Notes under the pieces: generated by a model
The model's database searches: none
Told to the model about the DNA's origin: nothing
Seen by the model: the letters and a program-made list of their open reading frames with translations, nothing else
Origin: Patescibacteria group bacterium
Lineage (GTDB): Bacteria > Patescibacteriota > UBA1384 > JBAYJO01
NCBI GenBank assembly: GCA_041665085.1
Contig: JBAYJO010000003.1
Location: 2,131 to 66,130, forward strand
DNA length: 64,000 nucleotides
Direction of reading: 5' to 3'
Translations under genes and position numbers: made by a program
Part shown: piece by piece, positions 38,378 through 47,518 of the stretch
How the letters are laid out: every line of letters begins with the position of its first letter
How positions within the stretch are numbered: the stretch's first letter is position 1

Positions 38378-40189
38378 ATGGAAATTAGAAATGCCGCCAT
38401 TATTGCCCATGTAGATCATGGAAAAACTACACTGGTTGATGGCTTACTAAAACAATCAAAAACATTTCGCGACAATGAAGCAGAGATGAGTCAAGATTTA
38501 ATTATGGACTCAAATGATCAGGAAAGAGAGCGTGGAATTACGATTTTAGCTAAAAATACTGCTATTAATTATAATGGTGTCAAAATTAATATTATTGATA
38601 CGCCAGGGCATGCGGATTTTGGCGGTGAGGTTGAGAGAACTTTAAATATGGCTGAAGGTGCTATTCTTTTAATTGATGCTCAAGAAGGCCCTATGCCTCA
38701 AACAAAATTTGTACTAAAAAAAGCTTTAGATTTAGGTTTAAAAATTATTGTTGTAATTAATAAAATCGACAAATCTAATGCAAATATTCAACAAACGCTT
38801 GATCGAACCTACGAGTTATTTTTGGAGCTTGCTCAAAAAGATGATCATTTAGATTTCCCAATTTATTACTGTATTAGTCGAGAAGGAAAATCATGGAATG
38901 AAATGCCGGATGATCCATCAGAAACTGCCGATTTAACCCCAATTTTAGATGCAATCATCGAGCATATCCCTACTCCTAAAAAAGATATTAATAGTCCATT
39001 TAAAATGCTTGTTTCAGCACTTGATTGGGATAATTTTATGGGGAAATATGTTATTGGAAAGATTACATCTGGTACTGCAAAAGCTGGTATGGCGACAAAT
39101 GTATTAAATGAAAATGGTATATTCGAAAATGGAAAAATTGAAAAAATATATATTACACAAGGACTTAAGAAAAATTCAGTTATAGAAGCAGAATCTGGTG
39201 ATATCGTTTCAATCGCTGGATTTAAAAATGCATCAATTGGGGATACGCTTGCCGATTTAGAAGTTAAAGAAGCTTTGCCTTCGATTGCAATTGAAGAACC
39301 GACATTAAGTATTTCAGTATATACTAATACTTCTCCTTTTGCCGGAAATGAAGGCAAATATGTTACGGCAAGACATTTGCTTGAAAGAATCAAAAAAGAA
39401 CTTGAAACCAATATTTCAATGAAACTTGAAATTGCCGACAATGGAGAGTATATACTTTCCGGTAGAGGAGAACTGCATTTATCAGTATTTATTGAAACTT
39501 TAAGACGAGAAGGTTTTGAACTGCAAGTTGGTAAACCGAAAGTTATTGAGAAAAAAATTGATGGTGTTTTGTGCGAACCAATCGAAGAGCTGACTGCTGA
39601 TGTTGCACCGGCTTATGTTAATACAATTATTGGCGAGGTAAACAAAAGACGAGGAATTCTTTTGAGACAGGATTCAAATGCTGATAATTCAACCAGAATT
39701 GAATTTGAGATCTCGACTCGCGGCACACTTGGTCTTCGAAATGTTTTAATGACAGCATCAAAAGGTACGGCTGTAACAAATTCGTTATTTTTAAGATATG
39801 ATCCGGTTGGAGGAACTATTCCAAAACTAAGAAATGGAGTTTTGGTTGCTTTTGAAGCAGGTAAAGCAGTTTCTTACGGTTTAAATATTGCTCAACAAAG
39901 AGGAACCACTTTTATTGCGCCGGGAACTATTGTTTATGCGGGAATGATTATCGGATCAAATACACGTGAAGAAGATATTGAAATAAATGTTACAAAAGAG
40001 AAAAAATTAACAAATGTTAGATCTTCAAATGCTGATATTGCTACTATTTTATCACCTCCAACTATTTTATCGCTTGAACAATGCATCGATTTTTTGGAAG
40101 ATGATGAGCTGCTTGAAGTAACACCTAAAAATTTAAGGCTTCGAAAAAGAATACTTGATTCTGTTGCTCGAAAACGAGCAAATAAATAA
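38378..40189 (+). CDS. typA: Translational GTPase TypA/BipA.
   Basis: 'AIIAHVDHGKTTLVD', 'DTPGHADF', 'NKIDK'. 603 aa with BipA-type C-terminal domains. Confidence 0.9.
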   Translation: MEIRNAAIIAHVDHGKTTLVDGLLKQSKTFRDNEAEMSQDLIMDSNDQERERGITILAKNTAINYNGVKINIIDTPGHADFGGEVERTLNMAEGAILLIDAQEGPMPQTKFVLKKALDLGLKIIVVINKIDKSNANIQQTLDRTYELFLELAQKDDHLDFPIYYCISREGKSWNEMPDDPSETADLTPILDAIIEHIPTPKKDINSPFKMLVSALDWDNFMGKYVIGKITSGTAKAGMATNVLNENGIFENGKIEKIYITQGLKKNSVIEAESGDIVSIAGFKNASIGDTLADLEVKEALPSIAIEEPTLSISVYTNTSPFAGNEGKYVTARHLLERIKKELETNISMKLEIADNGEYILSGRGELHLSVFIETLRREGFELQVGKPKVIEKKIDGVLCEPIEELTADVAPAYVNTIIGEVNKRRGILLRQDSNADNSTRIEFEISTRGTLGLRNVLMTASKGTAVTNSLFLRYDPVGGTIPKLRNGVLVAFEAGKAVSYGLNIAQQRGTTFIAPGTIVYAGMIIGSNTREEDIEINVTKEKKLTNVRSSNADIATILSPPTILSLEQCIDFLEDDELLEVTPKNLRLRKRILDSVARKRANK

Positions 40190-40206
40190 AAAAATTAGTA
40201 ATAAAA

Positions 40207-40240
40207 AAAGCGAGAGCTAATGCTCCCGCTTTTCTTTTTT
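40207..40240. terminator. Bidirectional intrinsic terminator between typA and the RRM gene.
   Basis: 'aaagcgagagc taat gctcccgcttt' plus TTTTCTTTTTT. An A-run upstream serves the opposite strand. Confidence 0.75.
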
Positions 40241-40251
40241 GATTTCGATAT

Positions 40252-40572
40252 TTATCTTCCAGATTGGAAGTTTCGATTTCCGCCTCTGAATCTATCGTTT
40301 CTCTCGGTTTGAGGTCGTGAAATATTTACGATGATACTTCTACCATCAATTTCTTTGTTGTTCATTGCATCAATAGCTTTTTGGGCCATTTCTTGATTCT
40401 CAACTTCAACAAATCCGAAACCTCTTGGTCTACCTGTTTCACGATCATTAATGATCGTGGTTTTAACTACGGTAACACCTTCGACAGCACTGAATAGTTC
40501 AGAAAGTTGTTCTTCGTTAACACTATATGGTAGGTTTCCGACGAATAACTTATTGTTTGCTTCTTCTTGCAT
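40252..40572 (-). CDS. RRM-domain RNA-binding protein (glycine/arginine-rich tail).
   Basis: RNP motifs 'KLFVGNLPY' and 'RGFGFVEV'. C-terminal RGG-like 'RNDRFRGGNRNFQSGR'. Confidence 0.85.
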   Translation of the reverse strand: MQEEANNKLFVGNLPYSVNEEQLSELFSAVEGVTVVKTTIINDRETGRPRGFGFVEVENQEMAQKAIDAMNNKEIDGRSIIVNISRPQTERNDRFRGGNRNFQSGR

Positions 40573-40767
40573 AGGATTTCCTAATATTATTTTTTCGACC
40601 CGTTTGAGTTCTCGATCACCTAATATATCCTATTAGAAAGAAAGCGAGTTCCAAACTACTGTCTATATATTAGCATGATTCGTCAAAATAGTCAATGCAA
40701 TAATTGTGTATATTTCAAAATTTGTCATAATATAATAAGTAAATATTTTAAATATTGCGAGGGGATA

Positions 40768-42441
40768 GTGAACCATGTTTTTTTAGAGATAAGTTTAGTA
40801 ATACTATTGGCTACAGCTATTTCCGGTTTAATGCAGTTTCTTCGTCAGCCGTTAATAATTGGTCATATCATTACTGGTTTGATTGTCGGACCATATTTAT
40901 TAAATATTGTAAGTTCAAATGAGACTTTTGAAGTTTTTTCTCAAATGGGAATCGCGCTTTTATTATTTATTATTGGACTAAGTTTGAATCCAAAAGTAAT
41001 TAAAGAAGTGGGAAGAATATCTTTAATTACAGGTGCTGGCCAAGTGATATTTACAGCAATTGTCGGTTATTTAATTTGTCATTTTTTGGGTTATTCTAGT
41101 ATTGAATCGATGTATATTGCAATTGCGTTGACTTTCAGTAGCACAATTATTATTATGAAACTTTTAACTGATAAAAAAGATACAGGAAGACTTTATGGTA
41201 AAATATTAATCGGATTTTTACTGGTTCAGGATATTATAGCAACCCTGATTTTAATTGCGATTTCATCGTTTAGTAAAGGCGGGGATATTGCAACTCTTGC
41301 TTCAGCAGCTTTAATAAAAGGTGTTGTTTTGTTTTTACTTTTAATTTTGACCAGTATTTATATTGTTCCAAAATTAAGTTATTTTTTTGCAAAATCACAA
41401 GAATTCTTATTTTTATTTTCAATTGCATGGGGACTTGGAATTGCAACGCTTTTTCAATATTCCGGTTTTTCAATTGAGATTGGAGCATTATTTGCTGGAG
41501 TTGTTTTAGCAACTTCTCCTTATCATCTTGAAATAAGTTCGCGCCTCAAGCCGCTAAGAGATTTTTTTATAGTTTTGTTTTTTATTCTTATTGGATCACA
41601 AATCGCAATTGTCAACCTGTCAAGTATTTTACTGCCGGCATTATTATTATCGTTATATGTTTTGGTGGGAAATCCAATAATTTTTATTATTGTAATGACA
41701 TTGCTTAAATTTGATATGAAAACCAGTTTTAAAGCTGGTCTTGCTATTGCACAAATTAGTGAATTTTCTTTGGTTTTAATTACGCTTGCAGGACGACTTG
41801 GACATGTTGATCAATCGATCGTATCTCTTGTTACGTTAGTCGGACTTGTAACGATTTTAGTTTCAACATATTTTATAATTTATTCTGATGAGTTATATCA
41901 TTTTTTTGAACCTTATTTGAGAATATTTGAAAGAAAGACAACGAGAAAAGATCAAAGGACGAAATTATCAACAGAAATTGTTTTATTTGGATTTGAGAAA
42001 ATTGGTTATGATTTATTAAATGCTTTTAAAAAGATGGGGAAAACCTTTACGGTTGTTGATTATAATCCGGAGACAATTGCCAATTTGGAAAAAGAGGGGA
42101 TTAATTGCATTTATGGTGATGCCGATGATAATGAGCTTTTGAGTCAATTAAATCTAGAGGATGTTAAAATGGTGATTTCAACCATTACTGATATTGAGGC
42201 TAGCACCATGATTGTAAGTCAATCTAGAAAAGTAAATAAAAAAATGATTATAATTGCAAAAACCGATGAAATTGAAGAGGCAATTAATCTTTATGATAAA
42301 GGCGCTTCATATGTAATGATGCCTCATTATCTGGGAGTTGAGCAGATAATTAATCTTATAGATAAGCATGAATTAAATTTTGATAAATTTGTAAGAGAAA
42401 AAGAAGGACATTTGTCTTTACTAAAGGAAAAGTCTGTTTAG
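40768..42441 (+). CDS. Monovalent cation:proton antiporter (CPA2/Kef-type) with a C-terminal TrkA-N (RCK) domain.
   Basis: 12-13 TM Na+/H+-exchanger core. C-terminal 'IVLFGFEKIGYDLLNAFKKMGKTFTVVDYNPE' Rossmann. GTG at 40768 after GAGGGGA is preferred over the track ATG at 40675, which has no RBS. Confidence 0.7.
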   Translation: MNHVFLEISLVILLATAISGLMQFLRQPLIIGHIITGLIVGPYLLNIVSSNETFEVFSQMGIALLLFIIGLSLNPKVIKEVGRISLITGAGQVIFTAIVGYLICHFLGYSSIESMYIAIALTFSSTIIIMKLLTDKKDTGRLYGKILIGFLLVQDIIATLILIAISSFSKGGDIATLASAALIKGVVLFLLLILTSIYIVPKLSYFFAKSQEFLFLFSIAWGLGIATLFQYSGFSIEIGALFAGVVLATSPYHLEISSRLKPLRDFFIVLFFILIGSQIAIVNLSSILLPALLLSLYVLVGNPIIFIIVMTLLKFDMKTSFKAGLAIAQISEFSLVLITLAGRLGHVDQSIVSLVTLVGLVTILVSTYFIIYSDELYHFFEPYLRIFERKTTRKDQRTKLSTEIVLFGFEKIGYDLLNAFKKMGKTFTVVDYNPETIANLEKEGINCIYGDADDNELLSQLNLEDVKMVISTITDIEASTMIVSQSRKVNKKMIIIAKTDEIEEAINLYDKGASYVMMPHYLGVEQIINLIDKHELNFDKFVREKEGHLSLLKEKSV

Positions 42442-42581
42442 TTCTAATGTATAAAATCGCTGGCAGGACGCTAAGCGTCCTTGTTGCCAAGCTAAACTTG
42501 TTAGGGCTTGGTGGCTGTGCCCTTCCGTAGCCTTGGCGAAGGAGGGAGGATGTTGGAACCTGTTGGATAAATAAATTACTA

Positions 42582-43151
42582 TTAGATTATTAATTTTTTA
42601 TCTAGTTTAAAAATAATTTGTTCCGTAATTTTTTCGGGAGATTCATAGGAAAAAATAATTAAATCATAGTCATATTTCAAATATATTTGATACCTCGATT
42701 GAAATTTTAATTCTTCTTTGGTTTTATTGAGTCCAAAACCTCTTTTTAATTGTCTTGATACAACTATTTTTTTGGATAATTCCATATTTTCAGAGGGTAA
42801 AAGTAAAATCTTTGTTCCATAATTTTTGATTTCTTGATAATTAGCTAAAACAATATCATTTAGTCCTTCATGTGCTAAAAAACCCGAAGATAATACAATT
42901 ACAGTATTTTTAATGATCGCTTTCTTTAATTTTTTAAATAAAAAAGAATTTTTAATGCAATAATCAGCATATCCATTTTTTTTAATGTATGTGCCAATAT
43001 TTTCTATTTTGTCACAAAATGATTGATCTAGATCGACAAAAGCATAGCCAATCTTTTCGGCTAAAACTTTCCCAGTAGTTGTTTTTCCTACGCCTCCCGG
43101 ACCTAATAAAATTATAATTTTTGATTGTTCCATCTGATTTAATTTTAACAA
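42582..43151 (-). CDS. P-loop NTPase / shikimate-kinase-like small kinase.
   Basis: 'IIILLGPGGVGKTTTGKVLAEKIGYAFVDLD'. Confidence 0.55.
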   Translation of the reverse strand: MLKLNQMEQSKIIILLGPGGVGKTTTGKVLAEKIGYAFVDLDQSFCDKIENIGTYIKKNGYADYCIKNSFLFKKLKKAIIKNTVIVLSSGFLAHEGLNDIVLANYQEIKNYGTKILLLPSENMELSKKIVVSRQLKRGFGLNKTKEELKFQSRYQIYLKYDYDLIIFSYESPEKITEQIIFKLDKKLII

Positions 43152-43206
43152 AAAAATACATCATATAATAATTAAAATTTATAACAAAAAAACCTACTAA
43201 CAGGTT

Positions 43207-43280
43207 TGGCAGGAGATAGAGGAGTTGAACCTCTGACTAGGGTTTTGGAGACCCTTATTATACCGTTTAACTAATCTCCC
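43207..43280 (-). tRNA. trnW: tRNA-Trp (anticodon CCA).
   Basis: Cloverleaf folded by hand: acceptor GGGAGAT/ATCTCCT, D stem GTTA/TAAT, anticodon stem AGGGT/ACCCT, loop CTCCAAA, T-loop TTCAACT. 3' CCA is encoded. Confidence 0.8.
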
Positions 43281-43392
43281 TGATAATCATATTTTATACT
43301 ATATTCATGGTTTATTCAATCATTATTATAACATTTGATCGAAAATTCGGTTGATGATAGAATGAATATTGCCATATTAAAAAAGGAGACTA

Positions 43393-45027
43393 GTGCCAGT
43401 AAGAAGTAATGAACAATTATCAAGATTTAAAAAAGTAGCAATTATTTTTGTATTGAGCTTGGCTCTTGCGATTATAATTATTGATGCAACGCTTCTTAAT
43501 GTCTCTTTGTCATATTTAATTCGCGATCTCAATACCGATATAAAGAGTTTGCAGTGGGTAATTACCGCTTATGCACTGACAATCGCGGCATTTACCGTAA
43601 CTGGCGGACGATTGGGAGATCTATTTGGTCGCAAAAAAATGTTTAAATTGGGAGCCGTTTTATTTGCTATTGGATCGCTTATGGCTTCATACAGTCATAC
43701 TGTCGGTCAGATGATAATCGGTGAATCGATTATTGAAGGAATCGGTGCTGCTTTAATGATGCCTGCAACAGCGTCTCTTTTAACCTCAACATTTAGAGGG
43801 CCGTCTCGAGCTATGGCAATGGGTATTTGGGGTGGTATTGCCGGAGCAGCATCAGCAGTTGGTCCTATTTTAGGTGGATATCTTACTACTAACTATAGTT
43901 GGAGGTGGGGATTTAGAATAAATGTTGTTGTGGCTATTATTTTGCTTATTGGTTCAGTAATTATTAAAGAATATAGAGATGAAGAAGAAAAGCCCGCACT
44001 TGATTGGCGCGGAGTGATATTATCATCTGTCGGGCTTTTTACTTTAGTTTTTGGTATTATCGAATCTTCAAGTTATGGCTGGATCAAAGCCAAAGAAATA
44101 TTTTCAATTGCCGGTCATACCGTTGATCTTGGTTCAATTTCAATTGTTTTGCCGTCTCTCATTTTAGCAGCGATTTTACTTGTATCTTTTGTAATATGGG
44201 AAATCAAAATTGAAAAAAGAGGACTTACTCCAATTGTCTCAATGAGCATATTTAAAAATAAACAATTTACCTCAAGTTCGATTACCACAACGGTTATGGC
44301 TCTGGGTCAGTCGGGATTGATATTTGCTATGCCGATATTTTTTCAATCTGTTAGAGGACTTGACGCATATCATACCGGACTCGCGATTTTGCCGGTTTCG
44401 GTCGCAGCAATTGTAGTTGCGCCGATTGCAGCAATATTGAGTCGAAAAATTATGCCAAAAAGATTGATTCAAGTTGGATTATTTTTAAATTTATTGGCTA
44501 TGCTGCTTTTGTATAGAAAACTAAATATTGATACCATTCCTCGTGATTTGATTTTTGAGCTAGTTATTTACGGAATTGGTATGGGGCTTGTGATGGCACA
44601 GATTAGCAACATGGTGATGTCTTCTGTTTCTGTTCAAAAGGCGGGGGAAGTTTCAGGAGTGAATAATACAATGCGTCAAATTGGCTCATCTCTTGGGTCG
44701 GCTATTATTGGTGCAGTTTTGTTGACATCTTTAGCAACTGGAATTAAAGATGGTATCGCAAATAGTACGGTTATCCCAAATAATATAAAGCAAAAAGTTG
44801 CAACAGATGTTGCTGCTGAATCAACCAATATTGAATTTAAAGGCGGGGCAGTTGCTTCAAAGGAAATACCGGCAAGTATTGTTAAGGAAATAAACACAAT
44901 TGCTCATCAGTCAACAACTGATTCTGCGAGAAAATCTTTATTATATGCTTCTTTATTTGTTTTAATTGGCTTATTTGCTTCGATTGCTTTGCCAAACAAA
45001 AGAGATCTTGAAGAAGGTCAAACTTAA
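43393..45027 (+). CDS. MFS transporter, DHA2 (EmrB/QacA) 14-TM drug:H+ antiporter family.
   Basis: 'GGRLGDLFGRKKMFKLGAVLFAIGSL' motif A. 544 aa, ~14 TM. Confidence 0.8.
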   Translation: MPVRSNEQLSRFKKVAIIFVLSLALAIIIIDATLLNVSLSYLIRDLNTDIKSLQWVITAYALTIAAFTVTGGRLGDLFGRKKMFKLGAVLFAIGSLMASYSHTVGQMIIGESIIEGIGAALMMPATASLLTSTFRGPSRAMAMGIWGGIAGAASAVGPILGGYLTTNYSWRWGFRINVVVAIILLIGSVIIKEYRDEEEKPALDWRGVILSSVGLFTLVFGIIESSSYGWIKAKEIFSIAGHTVDLGSISIVLPSLILAAILLVSFVIWEIKIEKRGLTPIVSMSIFKNKQFTSSSITTTVMALGQSGLIFAMPIFFQSVRGLDAYHTGLAILPVSVAAIVVAPIAAILSRKIMPKRLIQVGLFLNLLAMLLLYRKLNIDTIPRDLIFELVIYGIGMGLVMAQISNMVMSSVSVQKAGEVSGVNNTMRQIGSSLGSAIIGAVLLTSLATGIKDGIANSTVIPNNIKQKVATDVAAESTNIEFKGGAVASKEIPASIVKEINTIAHQSTTDSARKSLLYASLFVLIGLFASIALPNKRDLEEGQT

Positions 45028-45044
45028 TAGTTAGAACTAAAAAA

Positions 45045-45233
45045 TTATTTTGTTTCTTTGTGGGCTGTGGCTTTTTTGCATTTTTTGCAATATTTGTTCA
45101 TTTCTAGTCTGTCTGGGTGGTTGATTTTATTTTTTTTGCTGACATAGTTATGTTCTTTACATTCTGTGCATTGCATAGTAACGATAATAACCTTATCTTT
45201 TTTCTTTCCACCACTTTTTTTTGTTTCTGCCAT
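45045..45233 (-). CDS. rpmG: 50S ribosomal protein L33.
   Basis: 62 aa, CxxC…CxxC zinc ribbon ('CTECKEHNY…[12 protein letters not shown]'). Confidence 0.8.
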   Translation of the reverse strand: MAETKKSGGKKKDKVIIVTMQCTECKEHNYVSKKNKINHPDRLEMNKYCKKCKKATAHKETK

Positions 45234-45274
45234 ATTTTCATTTCCTTTCGGTTTTTTTTATCTAATTTAATTAA

Positions 45275-45351
45275 TGGAGCCCACGAGGAGGGTCGCACTC
45301 CTGGCCTCGATCTTACCAAGATCGCGCTCTAACTACCTGAGCTACATGGGC
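45275..45351 (-). tRNA. trnT: tRNA-Thr (anticodon GGT). The T-loop is atypical.
   Basis: Acceptor GCCCATG/CGTGGGC, D stem GCTC/GAGC, anticodon stem CGATC/GATCG, loop TTGGTAA, 3' CCA encoded. The unusual T-loop TGCGACC lowers confidence. Confidence 0.6.
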
Positions 45352-45543
45352 TAATTATATTTTAACAGATCTATCTGTTCGTCAATCCATTGGCGTAACT
45401 TGGAATTATGGCAATAAATTTGTAATACACCATATTTAGTTTTATTTTTTTTTAAATATATCCATCATCGAATAGCCGCTATTGTAAAGTGTGGCTAATT
45501 CTTCTTTTGTAAGCATATCCCTCTTTGCTTGAAAGATAATAAA

Positions 45544-45629
45544 TGGTGCCGGGTGAAGGATTCGAACCTCCGTAGCCGTAAGGCGCCAGATTTACAGTCT
45601 GGAGCAATTGACCGCTCTGCCAACCCGGC
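45544..45629 (-). tRNA. trnY: tRNA-Tyr (anticodon GTA), class II with a long variable arm.
   Basis: Acceptor GCCGGGT/ACCCGGC, anticodon stem CCAGA/TCTGG, loop CTGTAAA, T-arm GGAGG-TTCGAAT-CCTTC, discriminator A plus CCA. Confidence 0.8.
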
Positions 45630-45671
45630 ACAGTATTTACTTTATCACAAACAGCTGGTTTTATCTATGGA

Positions 45672-45746
45672 TGGAGCCGGGAAGAGGAATCGGACCTCCG
45701 ACAAGCTGTTTACAAAACAGCTGCTCTACCACTGAGCTATCCCGGC
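45672..45746 (-). tRNA. trnT: tRNA-Thr (anticodon TGT).
   Basis: Acceptor GCCGGGA/TCCCGGC, D stem GCTC/GAGC, anticodon stem GCTGT/ACAGC, loop TTTGTAA, T-loop TCCGATT, CCA encoded. Confidence 0.8.
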
Positions 45747-45915
45747 ATATTCATACTTTAATCTTAATATATTATATGTTTTTTTAGGTCTATTGTCAAA
45801 GGTAAAATAGTTATTCTCAATAAATAGATTTGCCTAAAATCTTATAAGTATGTAAAATTAGTATAGAATATAGTATGATAAATATATCAAAGCCAACTAA
45901 GATAACAGGAGGGGA

Positions 45916-46629
45916 ATGCCTGATATTCAACCGCCAGCTGTGGAAAAATTTACTCCCACGCAGCATCAACAATTTGTTCCAAACACAGGACTTAACTCTG
46001 TAGAATCTCGTAGTTATACTTCGGGCGGTTTGGGTATTGGCACATATGCATTTTTAGTTGCAGTTTTAGTTGTTGCATTAGGCGTAGGTTGTTTTTATGT
46101 ATTTTTAACTCAAATAAAATCTCAATCAACTGCTTATGAAGCAAAAAACAATGATTTGAAAAATCAACTTTCAACTGGTGATTATGCAAAAATGGAAAAA
46201 ACTCTCGAGGATCTTACGGTTCAAGTCAGTTCTTTTAACTCCGTAGTTCGAAGTCAAAAACCTTTTCAAAAAATGTTTGATGCAATCAAGAGTACAACTT
46301 ATAAAAAAGCAAAATATTCCAGTTTTTCAGTTGATAAAAATGGAAAAATTGCAATTAGTGGAATAACTGATACTTATACTGATTTAGGAATAGTTCTTGC
46401 TGTTTTTTCTTCATCAACCGATATTACAAATTTTACAGTTGGAACTTTTTCAGGAGGAGTTAATTCTCCTTCAGACTCGTCCAAACCTGCTTTAGCAAAT
46501 GCGGCCAAGGTTAATTTTTCAGTAAGTTTTGATTATATTTTTGCCAGTACTCCAGTGGTTCAAAATACTAATACAAATAATACTAATGTAAATGCTAATT
46601 CTAACTCTTCAACCGGAGGTACCAAATGA
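45916..46629 (+). CDS. Type IV pilus assembly membrane protein (PilN/PilO-like bitopic).
   Basis: Single TM after a ~40-aa N-terminus, coiled-coil then periplasmic domain. Strong RBS AGGAGGGGA. First gene of the pilus operon. Confidence 0.45.
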   Translation: MPDIQPPAVEKFTPTQHQQFVPNTGLNSVESRSYTSGGLGIGTYAFLVAVLVVALGVGCFYVFLTQIKSQSTAYEAKNNDLKNQLSTGDYAKMEKTLEDLTVQVSSFNSVVRSQKPFQKMFDAIKSTTYKKAKYSSFSVDKNGKIAISGITDTYTDLGIVLAVFSSSTDITNFTVGTFSGGVNSPSDSSKPALANAAKVNFSVSFDYIFASTPVVQNTNTNNTNVNANSNSSTGGTK

Positions 46630-47231
46630 AAGAAGGCAAAAGCTCTCTTGGTTTAGCGGCTTTAATTATATTTTTGTCGCTTTTTGGTATTGGCTATGGT
46701 TTTTATTATATGAATATTCAAAGCGCGGATCTTAAGGATGCAAAACAAAAACTTGAAATTACTAAAATTGAAAACAAAGCCTTAACTGATAAAAAAGTTG
46801 CTCTTGACGCGGCTGCTAAAAAATTAATACAAAAAGACGGCGATCTAAAACTTCTCAAACTTGCAATGCCAAAAGGACCCAATTTGTCCGAAGCATTAAT
46901 TGAATCTGACAGTCTTTTTAGGTCTCTTCAGTCCAATGCCGTTCCCGGAGTTCAAGCAAAATCATTTTCAGTTGGATTACCGGTTTTAACTGATGGCAAA
47001 ATTCCGGTAAATATATCAATCGATTCCGATGTTAATAGTTTAATCGCGATGATTGCAAAATATTATAATAATATTAGACCATTTACTGTAGAGTCAATTA
47101 ATATTACTTCATCTGAAACGCCGATTTTTACTTCTAATCTTCAGATGAATTTATCATTTGTTCCGACAACAGGAGCTGTTAGTACTGAAAAAAAACAAGA
47201 AAATTCTAATCAAAATAGCGCTACAGAGTAA
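46626..47231 (+). CDS. Type IV pilus assembly protein PilO-like.
   Basis: TM plus coiled coil 'LKDAKQKLEITKIENKALTDKKVALDAAAKKL'. Overlaps the upstream gene by 4 nt. Confidence 0.45.
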   Translation: MKEGKSSLGLAALIIFLSLFGIGYGFYYMNIQSADLKDAKQKLEITKIENKALTDKKVALDAAAKKLIQKDGDLKLLKLAMPKGPNLSEALIESDSLFRSLQSNAVPGVQAKSFSVGLPVLTDGKIPVNISIDSDVNSLIAMIAKYYNNIRPFTVESINITSSETPIFTSNLQMNLSFVPTTGAVSTEKKQENSNQNSATE

Positions 47232-47245
47232 TAGCAGGAGGATCA

Positions 47246-47512
47246 ATGAATAAGCAATCATCACAATTAATTATCGGTATAAGTTTAATTGTCATTTGCC
47301 TTGGTGTAATTGGATGGTTTTATTATTCCAGTTCAAAGATTTCAACAAATATTGTATCGTCTGTTGTTCCTGCGAAAGTAGAAGTGCTTGAAACAAATTT
47401 TAGTAAATTATTTGAAAATAGAGAAATTCCGACTGTCTCAATCCAACAGCAACAACAACAAAAAGTTGATCCGTCGCAATTGGGTAGAGACAATCCGTTT
47501 GCTCCATATTAA
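47246..47512 (+). CDS. Small bitopic pilus-associated protein (PilP-like?), poly-Q, ending in a DNPF motif.
   Basis: 88 aa, one TM. RBS AGGAGGA. Its position between pilO-like and pilB is the only functional clue. Confidence 0.35.
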   Translation: MNKQSSQLIIGISLIVICLGVIGWFYYSSSKISTNIVSSVVPAKVEVLETNFSKLFENREIPTVSIQQQQQQKVDPSQLGRDNPFAPY

Positions 47513-47518
47513 TTTGCT

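Noticed and set aside
45117-45735. ORFs 45117-45332 (+) and 45529-45735 (+).
   Set aside because: They overlap rpmG antisense and three tRNA genes, so they are not protein-coding.
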